Shown: positions 18,735-28,549 of the stretch, piece by piece
How positions within the stretch are numbered: the first letter of the stretch is position 1
Layout of the letters: each line of letters begins with the position of its first letter
Translations under genes and position numbers: made by a program
Assembly: GCA_018716305.1 (NCBI GenBank)
Contig: DVKB01000016.1
Coordinates: 937 to 64,936, forward strand
Direction: 5' to 3'
Source: Candidatus Scatomonas merdigallinarum
GTDB lineage: Bacteria; Bacillota; Clostridia; Lachnospirales; Lachnospiraceae
DNA: 64,000 nucleotides
Notes under the pieces: model-generated
Told to the model about the DNA's origin: nothing
Database searches by the model: none
Seen by the model: the letters and a program-made list of their open reading frames with translations, nothing else

Positions 18735-20354
18735 TTAAGTCGTTCTTTTTTTCCCCGCGCGGTATTCCTTGGGACTGATCCCCTGTGTTTTCTTGAACAC
18801 AAAGCTGAAATAGTGGGGATCTTTGTATCCCACCGCCCGGGCAATTTCTCCGGAAGAACGGTCTGTGTCCCGCAGGAGCTTTTTCGCTTTCTCCATTCGT
18901 TTTCCGGTGACATATTCTATAAATGTTTTCTGCATATTCTGGCTGAAAATGGTACTCAGATAATTGGCGCTGACGCTGACCTCCGCCGCTACGCTGTTTA
19001 AGGTCAGGGTCTCGTTTTCAAAATTTCTGTCTATATATTCCAGGGCGCGCCGGAGCATTTTTTTGCTCTGGTTGTCGCTGTCTTCATCCCTAAGACTGAT
19101 GGCCGCCTGAAGCATATCTACAAAATAATCCCGGACCTGATCCGGCTTCATCTGCATATCGTGCTGCCATGCGTTCATTTTTCCCCGGAATTCTTCCCGG
19201 GCGCCTGCCAGAGAATCCACAAAGCCAAGCACCGCGAAACGGATGTTCATAATTACATAATCCCGGAACATCCGGGACTTCAGCGCCTCACGAATATTCA
19301 TCAGATAGCTTTCCGCAAACTCCTGAATCTCCCCGATGCTTCCTCTGACCAGAAAGTCCCGGATGATCTCCGGATCCATCTTGGCCGGATCCACTACATC
19401 AAAATCTTTTTCGTCCTGGGTGTTAAAGTAATCCACCAGGGTATTTTCCCCCAGCACATGAATATTCGGCGCGATAAACCGGTAGGCGAAATAGTGGTTC
19501 ACCTGCTTGTAGCACTCAGGAAGGACACTGAGCCGTTCCACCGGATTTCCCACCGCTACGTACCACTCCAGATACGCTTCATGTTCCTCGCAGATCTGGC
19601 GCACATGGTCCATTCCCTTTTCCGTCAGTTTGTCAATCTGATCCGCCTCTCCCTTGATCAGCACGCCGTAGCAGTTTACATTCCAGCGAAACAGAATGTA
19701 CTGCGGATGTCTCAGAAAATAGTGGAGTATTTCCTCCTGGGTCCGCATAAATTTCATCTGCTCTTCCATGGTACCCGAATTCTTTTCCTGCAGATACAGC
19801 AGCAGCAGATTATAGCATGGCGCGGCGATTTCAATGGAACGTTTGGCCGCCTCGTCATAAATCTCCCGGACGGTCAGTTCTCCTTCCAGCACCCGCTCAA
19901 AAAAACGCCGTCTGGAAAACTGCTCATATTCATGCATTTCATTCTGGAACTGAGCCTGGTAATCATTCTGTTCCTGCTCAGATTCAATTTTTTCCTTCAT
20001 TTCCAGCAGGGTTTTCCGCATGGCCTGCCTGGTAATAGGCTTCAGCAGATATTGGTCCACGCCTACCTCGATGGCCTGCCTGGCGTACTCGAAATCATCG
20101 TATCCGCTGATGATGACGATCTTGGTTTTGGGCAGTTCCATATGCACTACCTTGCTGAGAGACAGACCGTCCATAAACGGCATTTTTATATCCGTAATCA
20201 GCACGTCCGGACGGGTTTTTCGGATCAGCGGCAGCGCCATTTCCCCGTCCGCCGCCTCCCCGGCAAACCGGAAGCCGTACTGCTCCCACGGTATTTCATC
20301 CCGAAGCCCCTCCCGGATCAGGCTTTCATCTTCCACCAAAAAAACTTTTAACAT
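18735..20354 (-). CDS. Response regulator with C-terminal AraC HTH (YesN-like)
   Basis: VFLVEDE, LITDIKMPFMDG, LLKP; C-terminal SANYLSTIF...YKDPHYFSFVFKK. Confidence 0.92.
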   Translation of the reverse strand: MLKVFLVEDESLIREGLRDEIPWEQYGFRFAGEAADGEMALPLIRKTRPDVLITDIKMPFMDGLSLSKVVHMELPKTKIVIISGYDDFEYARQAIEVGVDQYLLKPITRQAMRKTLLEMKEKIESEQEQNDYQAQFQNEMHEYEQFSRRRFFERVLEGELTVREIYDEAAKRSIEIAAPCYNLLLLYLQEKNSGTMEEQMKFMRTQEEILHYFLRHPQYILFRWNVNCYGVLIKGEADQIDKLTEKGMDHVRQICEEHEAYLEWYVAVGNPVERLSVLPECYKQVNHYFAYRFIAPNIHVLGENTLVDYFNTQDEKDFDVVDPAKMDPEIIRDFLVRGSIGEIQEFAESYLMNIREALKSRMFRDYVIMNIRFAVLGFVDSLAGAREEFRGKMNAWQHDMQMKPDQVRDYFVDMLQAAISLRDEDSDNQSKKMLRRALEYIDRNFENETLTLNSVAAEVSVSANYLSTIFSQNMQKTFIEYVTGKRMEKAKKLLRDTDRSSGEIARAVGYKDPHYFSFVFKKTQGISPKEYRAGKKRTT

Positions 20355-20371
20355 GCTTTGCTCTTCTCCTG

Positions 20372-21424
20372 TTAATAAGTTCTGTCTTCAATATAACGGC
20401 TTACATTGTCCCTGGTAAATATTTTTTCCGGAACATAATAGATTCTTTCAATTTCCTGTCCGGCCTCCAGCTTCTGGATCACCTCTTCCAGATACTCCCC
20501 CTGCTGGGGATTGCATTCCAGATCCGCGTAAATCACCCCGGACTCCACCAGCTCCAGCGCTTTCCGGGTCCCGTCAAAGGATAAAATGATTATATCATCT
20601 CCGGACTCCGGCGATCTTCCGGCCGCCCGCAGAGCGTCCAGCGCCCCGAAGGTCATATCATCATTCTGGGAAATCAGCACATCAATGTCCTCATATTTTG
20701 TCAGCAGACGGCTCATCTCTTCCCTGGCTTTGGCAGTCGTAAACTCTCCGTCAGCCTGTTCCAGGATTTTCCAGTTTTCATGAAGGGCGACGATCTGCCC
20801 GAACCCTTCCGTGCGCCCGATGGTAGGGCTGGAACCTTCCGTTCCCTTCAGGACTACAATATTGATGTCTTCCTCCTGTCTGCCCTGCCCTTCCAGACAT
20901 TTCTCCAGAATCCGCCCTGCTTCTGTCCCCTCCTTTTCAAAATCGGAACCGATCCAGGTGCTGTACAGGGAGGGATCTTCCACATCCACCATACGGTCGA
21001 TGAGAATCACCGGAATCCCCGCGTCTTTGGCCTCCTGCAGAACCGTATCCCAGCCTTCCTCCATCAGCGGAGAAAAGATAATATAATCCACTTCCTGGGA
21101 AATAAAGCTTCGCAGGGCTTTGATCTGATTTTCCTGCTTTTGCCTGGCGTTATCAAAAATCAGAAAATAACCCTTTTCTTTTGTAAAAACCTCCTGGATG
21201 GAGGCGGTATTGGCTGTCCTCCAGACAGACTCGCTGCCCAGCTGGGAAACTCCCACAACGATGAGATTCTCATCCACCGGAGTCCTCATATCATCCTCCT
21301 CCGGCGCGGAAATCCGGCTGGAGCACCCGGACAGAAAAAGCAGGGCCGACGCCAGAAGCGCCGCCGCGCCGCGAAGCTTTCGCCGGAGATTCCGGGCCGG
21401 ATATATTTTTTCTCTGTTTTTCAT
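20372..21424 (-). CDS. Sugar-binding lipoprotein associated with the two-component system
   Basis: Lipobox LSGC; SESVWRTANT, QENQIKALRSFI, SQNDDMTFGA; lies between kinase and regulator and overlaps the kinase stop. Confidence 0.85.
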   Translation of the reverse strand: MKNREKIYPARNLRRKLRGAAALLASALLFLSGCSSRISAPEEDDMRTPVDENLIVVGVSQLGSESVWRTANTASIQEVFTKEKGYFLIFDNARQKQENQIKALRSFISQEVDYIIFSPLMEEGWDTVLQEAKDAGIPVILIDRMVDVEDPSLYSTWIGSDFEKEGTEAGRILEKCLEGQGRQEEDINIVVLKGTEGSSPTIGRTEGFGQIVALHENWKILEQADGEFTTAKAREEMSRLLTKYEDIDVLISQNDDMTFGALDALRAAGRSPESGDDIIILSFDGTRKALELVESGVIYADLECNPQQGEYLEEVIQKLEAGQEIERIYYVPEKIFTRDNVSRYIEDRTY

Positions 21425-22929
21425 TTTTCTTCTCTGCCGCCCTCTTCCTCTTTGATGGCCGGAATCCGGATTTCCACAGTGGTTCCTTTACCCTTTTCCG
21501 AGTTGATGGTCATGCCGTATTCCTTTCCAAAATACATGCGGATCCTCTCGTTTACATTGGCGAGCCCGAATCCTTTCTCCGTCTCCTGGCAGGGCTGGCT
21601 GATCTCCCTCTGGATACTTTCCAGCTCTTCCCTGTCCATTCCCACTCCGTTGTCCCGCACAGTCAGGTAAATCACATCCCCCTTCTTTTCGCCGTTAATG
21701 TGAATGTATCCCCGGGCTCTCTTATATTTGATCCCGTGGTAAAGGGCATTCTCCACCACCGGCTGCAACGTCAGCTTGAGGATTTTATACTCATACAGCA
21801 CCTGGTCAAACTGGATATTATATTCCAGAATATCCCGGTAGCGGACCTCCTGGATTTCCAGATAGCTGCGGATATGCCGCTCCTCTTCCCCCAGAGTAAT
21901 AAATTCCTTCCCCTTGCTGAGGGAGAGCCGGAACAGTTCCGACAGAGCCACTACCATATTCACAGCCTGGTCTGGCTTTTTCCCCTCGATGAGCCACACA
22001 ATGGTATCCAGGGTATTGTACAGAAAATGGGGGTTGATCTGCTCCTGAAGAATCCGCAGATCCGCCCGGCGCATTTTCCCTTCATCCTCCTTAATCTTCT
22101 CGATGAGATTCTGCATGTTGCCCGCCATCTCATTGAAGCCCCGGGCCAGCACGGCAATCTCGTCCCGGGAATTCACATCGGCCTCCACTTCAAAATTTCC
22201 CTCGGCGATTTTCTGGGTAGCGTCATACAGCTGCCTCACCGGCCGCAGAATGTGGGAAGTAATGAGACGGACCAAAAATGCCGTCAGCAGGGCCAAAACA
22301 GCGATCAAAACACTGCACAGAGCGATAAAGCGGGAGATCTGCAGATGAAGATTGTTGTTGACCGCCTCCATGCTCCGGGTCTGATAATAAATATAGTACT
22401 GAATATCGTCCTGGATCAATTCCGTGAGGATATAAATGTTATTATCCAGCTCTTTGATATTTTCATCGTACCTGCCGCCGATTTTTATATTTTCCACCAC
22501 GTCATCCACCCGTTCCTCCAGGGTGTCGATATTTCTCAGCAGGCTCCGCAGCCAGACCCGGCTCTCCGGATCTGTGGTTATGTCCAGCAGATTTGAAAAT
22601 TCACTTCTGAGTTCATCGATCAGCTGGTAGGGATCTTCCAGATTCTCTTTGTCGGAAATATTCTCAAAAGACACATAGCCTACTACCAGTTTATACAGGC
22701 TCTCGTCCATCTCCTCTTTAAAATCCAGATTGTAATTATTGGCCACTGTCATATTGCTTACAATCTGGTCATAATTCCGGCTGTACCCGGTCATATAGAT
22801 CAGAATCACTACTGCCAGCAAAAGAAAAGGGAAGGTCACTGTCAGCGCCAGCAGCGCGATTTTTTTCCTGACAGAAAAACGGACATCCTGTCCGCTTCCG
22901 CTTTTATAATCACTTTTTTTCTTTTTCAC
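21421..22929 (-). CDS. Sensor histidine kinase (YesM/LytS-like, HAMP domain)
   Basis: Two TM helices, HAMP, QINPHFLYNTL H-box, LQPVVENALYHG, DNGVGM; GTG 22929 preferred because the upstream TTG/ATG fall inside the promoter. Confidence 0.92.
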   Translation of the reverse strand: MKKKKSDYKSGSGQDVRFSVRKKIALLALTVTFPFLLLAVVILIYMTGYSRNYDQIVSNMTVANNYNLDFKEEMDESLYKLVVGYVSFENISDKENLEDPYQLIDELRSEFSNLLDITTDPESRVWLRSLLRNIDTLEERVDDVVENIKIGGRYDENIKELDNNIYILTELIQDDIQYYIYYQTRSMEAVNNNLHLQISRFIALCSVLIAVLALLTAFLVRLITSHILRPVRQLYDATQKIAEGNFEVEADVNSRDEIAVLARGFNEMAGNMQNLIEKIKEDEGKMRRADLRILQEQINPHFLYNTLDTIVWLIEGKKPDQAVNMVVALSELFRLSLSKGKEFITLGEEERHIRSYLEIQEVRYRDILEYNIQFDQVLYEYKILKLTLQPVVENALYHGIKYKRARGYIHINGEKKGDVIYLTVRDNGVGMDREELESIQREISQPCQETEKGFGLANVNERIRMYFGKEYGMTINSEKGKGTTVEIRIPAIKEEEGGREEK

Positions 22930-22960
22930 CGCCGATTTCCCGTTCTCTGTTATTTTTCTC

Positions 22961-22989
22961 ATTATATACAATATTCTTTCTACTTTCAA
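22961..22989 (-). promoter_or_regulatory. sigmaA promoter of the kinase-SBP-regulator operon
   Basis: TTGAAA (22989-22984), 17 nt, TATAAT (22966-22961). Confidence 0.7.
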
Positions 22990-23094
22990 TCAAAACAGGC
23001 TCTGCCCATTGGGGTTCCGCCCCGGCGCGGGTGACTTTTCCAACCGGAAATAATATGGTACAATTCCCTTAACAAGGCAAAGGAGCGTTTCCTC

Positions 23095-24000
23095 ATGGAT
23101 ATCAATTATGAATTATATAAGGTTTTTTACCATGTGGCCTCTTCCTTAAGCTTTTCCGAGGCCTCCAAACAGCTTTTTATCTCTCAGTCAGCGGTAAGCC
23201 AGTCCATCAAAGTTCTGGAAAAAAAGCTGGGCATCACCCTCTTTATCCGCAGCACCAAACGGGTGCAGCTGACCCCCGAAGGGGAAATCCTCTTCCGCTA
23301 CGTGGAGCCGGCGGTAAACCTGATCCAGCGGGGGGAGGCTCAGATCATGGAGTCCAGCGCCCTGGGGGGCGGCCAAATCCGTATCGGAGCCAGCGACACC
23401 ATCTGCCGCTATTTCCTGGTACCCTATCTGAACCGGTTTCACCGGGAGCACGCCGGGGTTCACATTAAGGTCACCAATCAGACCTCTACCCGCTGCGTGG
23501 ATCTGCTGGAATCCGGCCAGGTGGATCTCATTGTCACCAACTATCCCAATTCCCGGCTTACGGACCGGACGGCAGCCATTCCCATCCACACCTTTCAGGA
23601 TGTATTTATTGCCAGCCGGGAGCACTATCCGGAATTGATGGATAAAACCCTCACCCTGAAAGAACTGCTGCGGCACCCCATTCTCATGCTGGACCGAAAA
23701 AGCACTACCAGCGAATTTCTCCACCAGCTGTTTCAGCAGCACCAACTGGATCTGGTACCGGAGATCGAGCTGGGCAGCAATGATCTGCTGGTGGATCTGG
23801 CCAGCATCGGCCTTGGCATAGCCTTCGTGCCGGATTACTGCCTGACCCGGGCCTCCAGCCTGTTCAAGGTGCGGATCACCGAGGAACTGCCTGCCAGGCA
23901 GCTGGTCATCGCCCACAACGCCCAGCTGCCGGTACCCCAGGCAGCCCGGGCCTTTATCCGTTTTTTTACAGACGCCGCCGGGACAGGGATTCATTCCTGA
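23095..24000 (+). CDS. LysR-family transcriptional regulator
   Basis: SFSEASKQLFISQSAVSQSIKVLEKKLG.LF.RSTKRVQLTPEG HTH and a LysR substrate domain. Confidence 0.95.
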   Translation: MDINYELYKVFYHVASSLSFSEASKQLFISQSAVSQSIKVLEKKLGITLFIRSTKRVQLTPEGEILFRYVEPAVNLIQRGEAQIMESSALGGGQIRIGASDTICRYFLVPYLNRFHREHAGVHIKVTNQTSTRCVDLLESGQVDLIVTNYPNSRLTDRTAAIPIHTFQDVFIASREHYPELMDKTLTLKELLRHPILMLDRKSTTSEFLHQLFQQHQLDLVPEIELGSNDLLVDLASIGLGIAFVPDYCLTRASSLFKVRITEELPARQLVIAHNAQLPVPQAARAFIRFFTDAAGTGIHS

Positions 24001-26351
24001 GCCCGATCCCAGAATTCCCGCAGAATGTCCGGCAGCTCTCTCAGAGTAACGACCGCCGCGTCGGACCACTCCCTGGGAAACAGCGCCCGGTATTCCCGGC
24101 TGCAGAATCGGTCGTCCAGCAGCGCAATGACGCCCCGGTCCTCCGTGGTGCGGATCACCCGCCCGGCGGACTGGAGAACTTTGTTCATTCCGGGGAAGCG
24201 GTAGGCATAGTCAAAGCCGTTTTCCCCCTTCTCCTCATAAAATCTCCGCAGAAGCTCTCTCTCATCGCTGATCTGGGGAAGACCGGTGCCTGCCACCAGG
24301 GCGCCGATGAGTTTCTCTCCGGAAAGGTCGATGCCCTCCGCAAAGATTCCTCCCATGACGCAGAAGCCGATCAGCGTCTCCCCTGTATTCTCCCGGAAAG
24401 CCTGAAGAAATTCTTCCCGCTCCCGCTCCTGCATGGAAGGGGTCTGACAGAGGCAGTTCTCCCCTCCGTATTCCCTCCGGTAAGTGTCATAGACCTCTTC
24501 CAGCATTAAATAGGAAGGAAAGAATACCATGTAATTTCCCTGCCTGGCCCGCACGAACGCATGGATATATTCCGCCATCCGCCGGTACTCCTCCGGACCC
24601 CGGCGCTTGTAGCGGCTGCTGACATCCCGTCCGATGAGCAGCCGGCGCTTCCCGGGATCAAAAGGCGAGGGAATATAGACCGCGTAATCCTCCTCCCCCC
24701 TGCCGCTGAGAAGGGTTTTATAATAGGTTACCGGCAGCAGAGTGGCGGAAAAGAACACGGCGCCGCGGCCTTTGTCCAGACAGTTCTGAAGGTTCGCGGC
24801 CGGGTTTACGCAGCAGAGCTTCAGGCAGAAACGTCCGTCCTCCCCATGGCGCCCGTAGATCAGATAATTGCTGTCCACCAGATCATAAATAGAAACGAAG
24901 GCCCGCACGCGAAAATAAAACTCCAAAACTTCCTTCCTCAGAGGACCTTCCTCCAGATCTTGAAGAAATTCCTCCAGCTCTCCCAGAAGTCCCGCGGCCA
25001 GCATAGCGAAGGCGCCCACGGATTCAAATCTCTGAATCCTGTCACATTCCCTCTTATAGAGCAGCAGCTGGTGATTGCACCGCTCCAGGGCCCGCTCCAG
25101 CTTTTTGCTGTAAACCCGGATTTTTTTCTTCATTTCCAGAAAATCCTCCTTGCAGACCTCCGCGCTGTACATCTCCCGTCCCCGCTCCACCAGGTTATGG
25201 GCCTCATCGATGAGAAAGATAAAATCCTCCTTCCGGATGCCCTCCCCGAAAAAGCGGCGCAGCTTCACATCCGGATCAAAAACATAATTATAGTCGCAGA
25301 TAATAGCGTCCATCCAGGACGCCAGCTCCAATTCCAGTTCATAGGGACAGACCTGCCGCTTCTCACTCTGAGCCAGGATATCCTCCCGCTGATACCGGCT
25401 CTGTCCGGTGAGAATTTCAAATACCGCCTGATTGATCCGGTCGTAGTGCCCCCGGGCTCTGGGACAGGCGGCGGGACTGCAGTCCGGCTCTTCCAGCACG
25501 CACATCTTTTCTTTTGCGGTAATGGTCAGGACTTTAAACGCCAGGCCGCGGTCCTTCAGAAGGGAAAAAGCCTCCTCCGCCACCGTCCTGGTAATGGTCT
25601 TGGCTGTCAGATAGAAGATCCTGCTTCCCAGGCCTTCCCCGCAGGCCCGCACTGCCGGGAACACGGTGGACATGGTTTTCCCCACTCCGGTGGGAGCCTG
25701 AACGAACAGCTGCTTCCGCCGGAGAATGCTCCTGTAAACCGCGGCGACCAGGTCCCGCTGGCCGGGACGGTAGGGGAAGGGAAACTCCAGCCCTTTCATG
25801 GAGGCATCCCGCTTCTGCTCCCACTGCCACTGGGCCTCCGCCCAATTCCGGTACTGATCCAGAAGCTCCGAAAACCACAGATCCAGTTCCTCCAGAGTAT
25901 ACGTTTCCCGGAATCTCAGGATCTCCTCTGTCTCTATCTGGCAGTAAGTCAGCTGCACGCCGATTTTTTCAAATTTCCGTTCCAGACCGTAGATATACGC
26001 ATAACACTTTGCCTGGGCCAGGTGCAGGGGCAGGGGTTCCTCCAGCCGTTCCAGATTCTGGAAGATGCCTTTGATCTCATCGACGGCCGTCCCCTGCTGG
26101 TCCGTAAAAATCCCGTCCGCCCGGCCTTCCACAGAAAGGACAAAATGCTCGTACTCTTTTTCAAACCGCAGAGGCACCTCGGCCTGATACGCCCCGCCCA
26201 TGCTCTTCTGAATTTTCCGGTGGAGCCGGCTGCCCATCTGCATGGCCTCCCGCTCCGCGAAACCGCCCCTGCGGTTGTCCAGATCGCCACTGCGAAGCAA
26301 AAACTCCACCAGACCGCGGACGGAAATGCGGATTTTCTTTTTTATCTCCAT
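23991..26351 (-). CDS. DinG/Rad3(XPD)-like Fe-S DNA helicase with N-terminal PD-(D/E)XK nuclease domain
   Basis: GSRLH..EGRADG..DEIKG..QAKCY nuclease motifs; APTGVGKT, Fe-S Cys (CVLEEPDCSPAAC), DEAH, QSAGRVIR; RBS aaggagg before ATG 26351. Confidence 0.9.
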   Translation of the reverse strand: MEIKKKIRISVRGLVEFLLRSGDLDNRRGGFAEREAMQMGSRLHRKIQKSMGGAYQAEVPLRFEKEYEHFVLSVEGRADGIFTDQQGTAVDEIKGIFQNLERLEEPLPLHLAQAKCYAYIYGLERKFEKIGVQLTYCQIETEEILRFRETYTLEELDLWFSELLDQYRNWAEAQWQWEQKRDASMKGLEFPFPYRPGQRDLVAAVYRSILRRKQLFVQAPTGVGKTMSTVFPAVRACGEGLGSRIFYLTAKTITRTVAEEAFSLLKDRGLAFKVLTITAKEKMCVLEEPDCSPAACPRARGHYDRINQAVFEILTGQSRYQREDILAQSEKRQVCPYELELELASWMDAIICDYNYVFDPDVKLRRFFGEGIRKEDFIFLIDEAHNLVERGREMYSAEVCKEDFLEMKKKIRVYSKKLERALERCNHQLLLYKRECDRIQRFESVGAFAMLAAGLLGELEEFLQDLEEGPLRKEVLEFYFRVRAFVSIYDLVDSNYLIYGRHGEDGRFCLKLCCVNPAANLQNCLDKGRGAVFFSATLLPVTYYKTLLSGRGEEDYAVYIPSPFDPGKRRLLIGRDVSSRYKRRGPEEYRRMAEYIHAFVRARQGNYMVFFPSYLMLEEVYDTYRREYGGENCLCQTPSMQEREREEFLQAFRENTGETLIGFCVMGGIFAEGIDLSGEKLIGALVAGTGLPQISDERELLRRFYEEKGENGFDYAYRFPGMNKVLQSAGRVIRTTEDRGVIALLDDRFCSREYRALFPREWSDAAVVTLRELPDILREFWDRAQE

Positions 26352-26494
26352 AGCGGCAGCCTCCTTCCGGAACATGTTTCAATCAGCCGCTTCAATGAGG
26401 AAAGCCGCCCAAAAGCACTGCTGCTCTCAGACGGCTCTCTGTTCTGTATCCAACTTCAGCCTTTACGGCTTTCCCTTCACAGGAATTGTCACTT

Positions 26495-26731
26495 TCAGGC
26501 TACTGCGAATTTCCGCAGCGTCTTATTGAATTCAGGATTCTCGCCGTAACACTGTACTGTCAGCGCCCGGGAAAGCCCCATGCTCAGAATACCCAGAATA
26601 GACTTGGCATCGATCACGATGCGGTTATAAAAAATGTCAATGTCAAAATCGCATCGGGAAGCGGCGTTTACAAATTCTTCAACTTCTTCTGCATCGTGAA
26701 ACATTACTTTTGTTTCAGGCATTTTGATCAT
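26495..26731 (-). CDS. HPr-like protein
   Basis: IDAKSILG (Ser46 region) present; the canonical HARP motif is absent. Confidence 0.8.
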   Translation of the reverse strand: MIKMPETKVMFHDAEEVEEFVNAASRCDFDIDIFYNRIVIDAKSILGILSMGLSRALTVQCYGENPEFNKTLRKFAVA

Positions 26732-26926
26732 CCTTTCTTATATGAGACTTTTGGGTACAAGAAATTTTCCTGTTTTTTTACAGGTCCTTTTCTTTGCTCT
26801 GTAGTATCTCACTTTTTGGCTGAAAATGTCAATGCGGGAAATGACGAATTTCCCGGCGCTTTCCCTCTATTCTTATGCAGATTATACATTTTCTGTCTGC
26901 AATTTCCGGCATTCTGCCCGAATCTT

Positions 26927-27772
26927 TTACTCCTCAGCGCTTAGTTTTCTCATAGCCACAGCGGCGTCGTCCAGATTTTCATTCAGGACTTCCGCAAACC
27001 GTCCCTGGTCCGCCAGGGCTGCCAGACGGCTCACAATGGGAAGTTTTCCCAGAACCGGAATTCCCATCTGCCCCGCCACATGATCCACATTGCTCTCCCC
27101 GAACACCGGGATTTTCTTTCCGCAGTCCGGACAGACAATATAGCTGTAATTCTCAACCAGGCCCAGCACCGGAATATTCATCATCAGAGCCATCTTATAG
27201 GCTTTGGTGACGATCATCTCCACCAGTTCCTGGGGAGAGGTCACTACCAGGATTCCATCCACCGGCAGAGACTGGAATACCGTCAGCGGCACATCCCCGG
27301 TTCCCGGAGGCATATCCACAAAAAGATAATCCAGATCTCCCCAGACTACATCGCTCCAGAACTGTTTCACCATACTGGCGATCACCGGCCCTCTCCAGAT
27401 TACCGGCTCGTCCTCACCCGGCAGCAGCAGATTGACGGACATCACTTTGATTCCGTTGGCCGTTTCCGGCGGCTGGATGCCCTGGTCATCCACCCCTGCC
27501 GTTCCGTGAAGGCCGTACATCCGGGGAATGGAGGGTCCGGTAATATCCGCGTCCAGGATTCCCACCCGGTATCCCATCGCTGCCATGGCATTGGCCATAG
27601 ACGCTGTCACAAATGATTTGCCTACGCCGCCTTTTCCGCTGACCACTCCCACCACATGGGACACGCGGGAATACTGGTTCAGATCCACATGAAAATCCGG
27701 CTTTTTCTCCCTGCTGGGGCATCCCTCGCAGCTCTCTTTTGAGCAATTTTCATTGCTGCATTCCTTAGCCAT
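26927..27772 (-). CDS. mrp: Mrp/NBP35 family Fe-S carrier ATPase
   Basis: N-terminal CxxxxCxxxxCxxC, SGKGGVGKS, DADITGPS, DMPPGTGD, CPDC. Confidence 0.92.
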   Translation of the reverse strand: MAKECSNENCSKESCEGCPSREKKPDFHVDLNQYSRVSHVVGVVSGKGGVGKSFVTASMANAMAAMGYRVGILDADITGPSIPRMYGLHGTAGVDDQGIQPPETANGIKVMSVNLLLPGEDEPVIWRGPVIASMVKQFWSDVVWGDLDYLFVDMPPGTGDVPLTVFQSLPVDGILVVTSPQELVEMIVTKAYKMALMMNIPVLGLVENYSYIVCPDCGKKIPVFGESNVDHVAGQMGIPVLGKLPIVSRLAALADQGRFAEVLNENLDDAAVAMRKLSAEE

Positions 27773-27884
27773 TGTTTCTCCTCCTCGCATAAATTGGTGT
27801 TAATTTTATAGCGCAAAGCTTCATCCACCGCGAAACACAATTCATTGTAGTCATCCTGTCAGAAAGTGTCAAGGGCGCCCTGCC

Positions 27885-28238
27885 TTACTTAATAAACTGA
27901 TCGATGGCCGCGTTCAGTTCTTCCAGAGCCTTCATGTCGCCGCTCTCCACCGCGTCTACAATACAGTGTTCTATGTGATCGTGAAGAATCACTTTTCCTG
28001 TATTATTGATAGCCGCCTTCACCGCGGAGAGCTGAACCAGCACTTCGCTGCAGTCCCGTCCATCCTCCACCATGCGTTTGATGGATTCCAGGTGGCCGAT
28101 GGCCCGGGACAGCCGGTTCAGCACTGCCTTGGTATTCTGATGGGTATGGGCATGGGTGTGCTCATGGGTATGTTCAATGACTGTGCCGTCTTCCAGCACA
28201 TGCCTGTGCTTTCCTGCTGATGTATGCTCTGTATGCAT
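27885..28238 (-). CDS. CsoR/RcnR-family metal-sensing repressor with His-rich N-terminus (InrS-like)
   Basis: VLNRLSRAIGHL..I..M.E.GRDCSEVL.QL.AV, HIEHC (C-H-C ligands); N-terminal HTHEHTHAHTH. Confidence 0.9.
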   Translation of the reverse strand: MHTEHTSAGKHRHVLEDGTVIEHTHEHTHAHTHQNTKAVLNRLSRAIGHLESIKRMVEDGRDCSEVLVQLSAVKAAINNTGKVILHDHIEHCIVDAVESGDMKALEELNAAIDQFIK

Positions 28239-28250
28239 CCGATCTCTCCT

Positions 28251-28478
28251 CTAGCATTCTGTAAAACTGTACCTCTGCCTGATTCCGGAAGTCACAATAT
28301 CGAAGATAATCGTGCCGTCTTCCTGGACGGTCTTATCGTAGGTGAATTCTTTGTCCTTGAATTTTTCCTGAATATATTTCTCCGGATCCTCGATTTCCAG
28401 TTCCTCAAAGAAAACATCCCGCATCTGATTGTTGGGACACTGGTTAAATATCTCCCACACTGCTTCATAGCTCTTCAT
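28251..28478 (-). CDS. Small acidic hypothetical protein (75 aa)
   Basis: ATG 28478 after a ggaggg RBS; own promoter TTGCCA (28534-28529), 17 nt, TATAAT (28511-28506). Confidence 0.7.
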   Translation of the reverse strand: MKSYEAVWEIFNQCPNNQMRDVFFEELEIEDPEKYIQEKFKDKEFTYDKTVQEDGTIIFDIVTSGIRQRYSFTEC

Positions 28479-28549
28479 ACGATTTCCCTCCTGCTCTGTC
28501 TTCTGATTATACAGATTTTCCCCCGAATTGGCAAGGGCTCGCTCCCGGC

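Noticed and set aside
23991-26351. Cas4-like/CasDinG type IV CRISPR interpretation
   Set aside because: No repeat-spacer array or cas genes anywhere in the window; neighbours are housekeeping genes.
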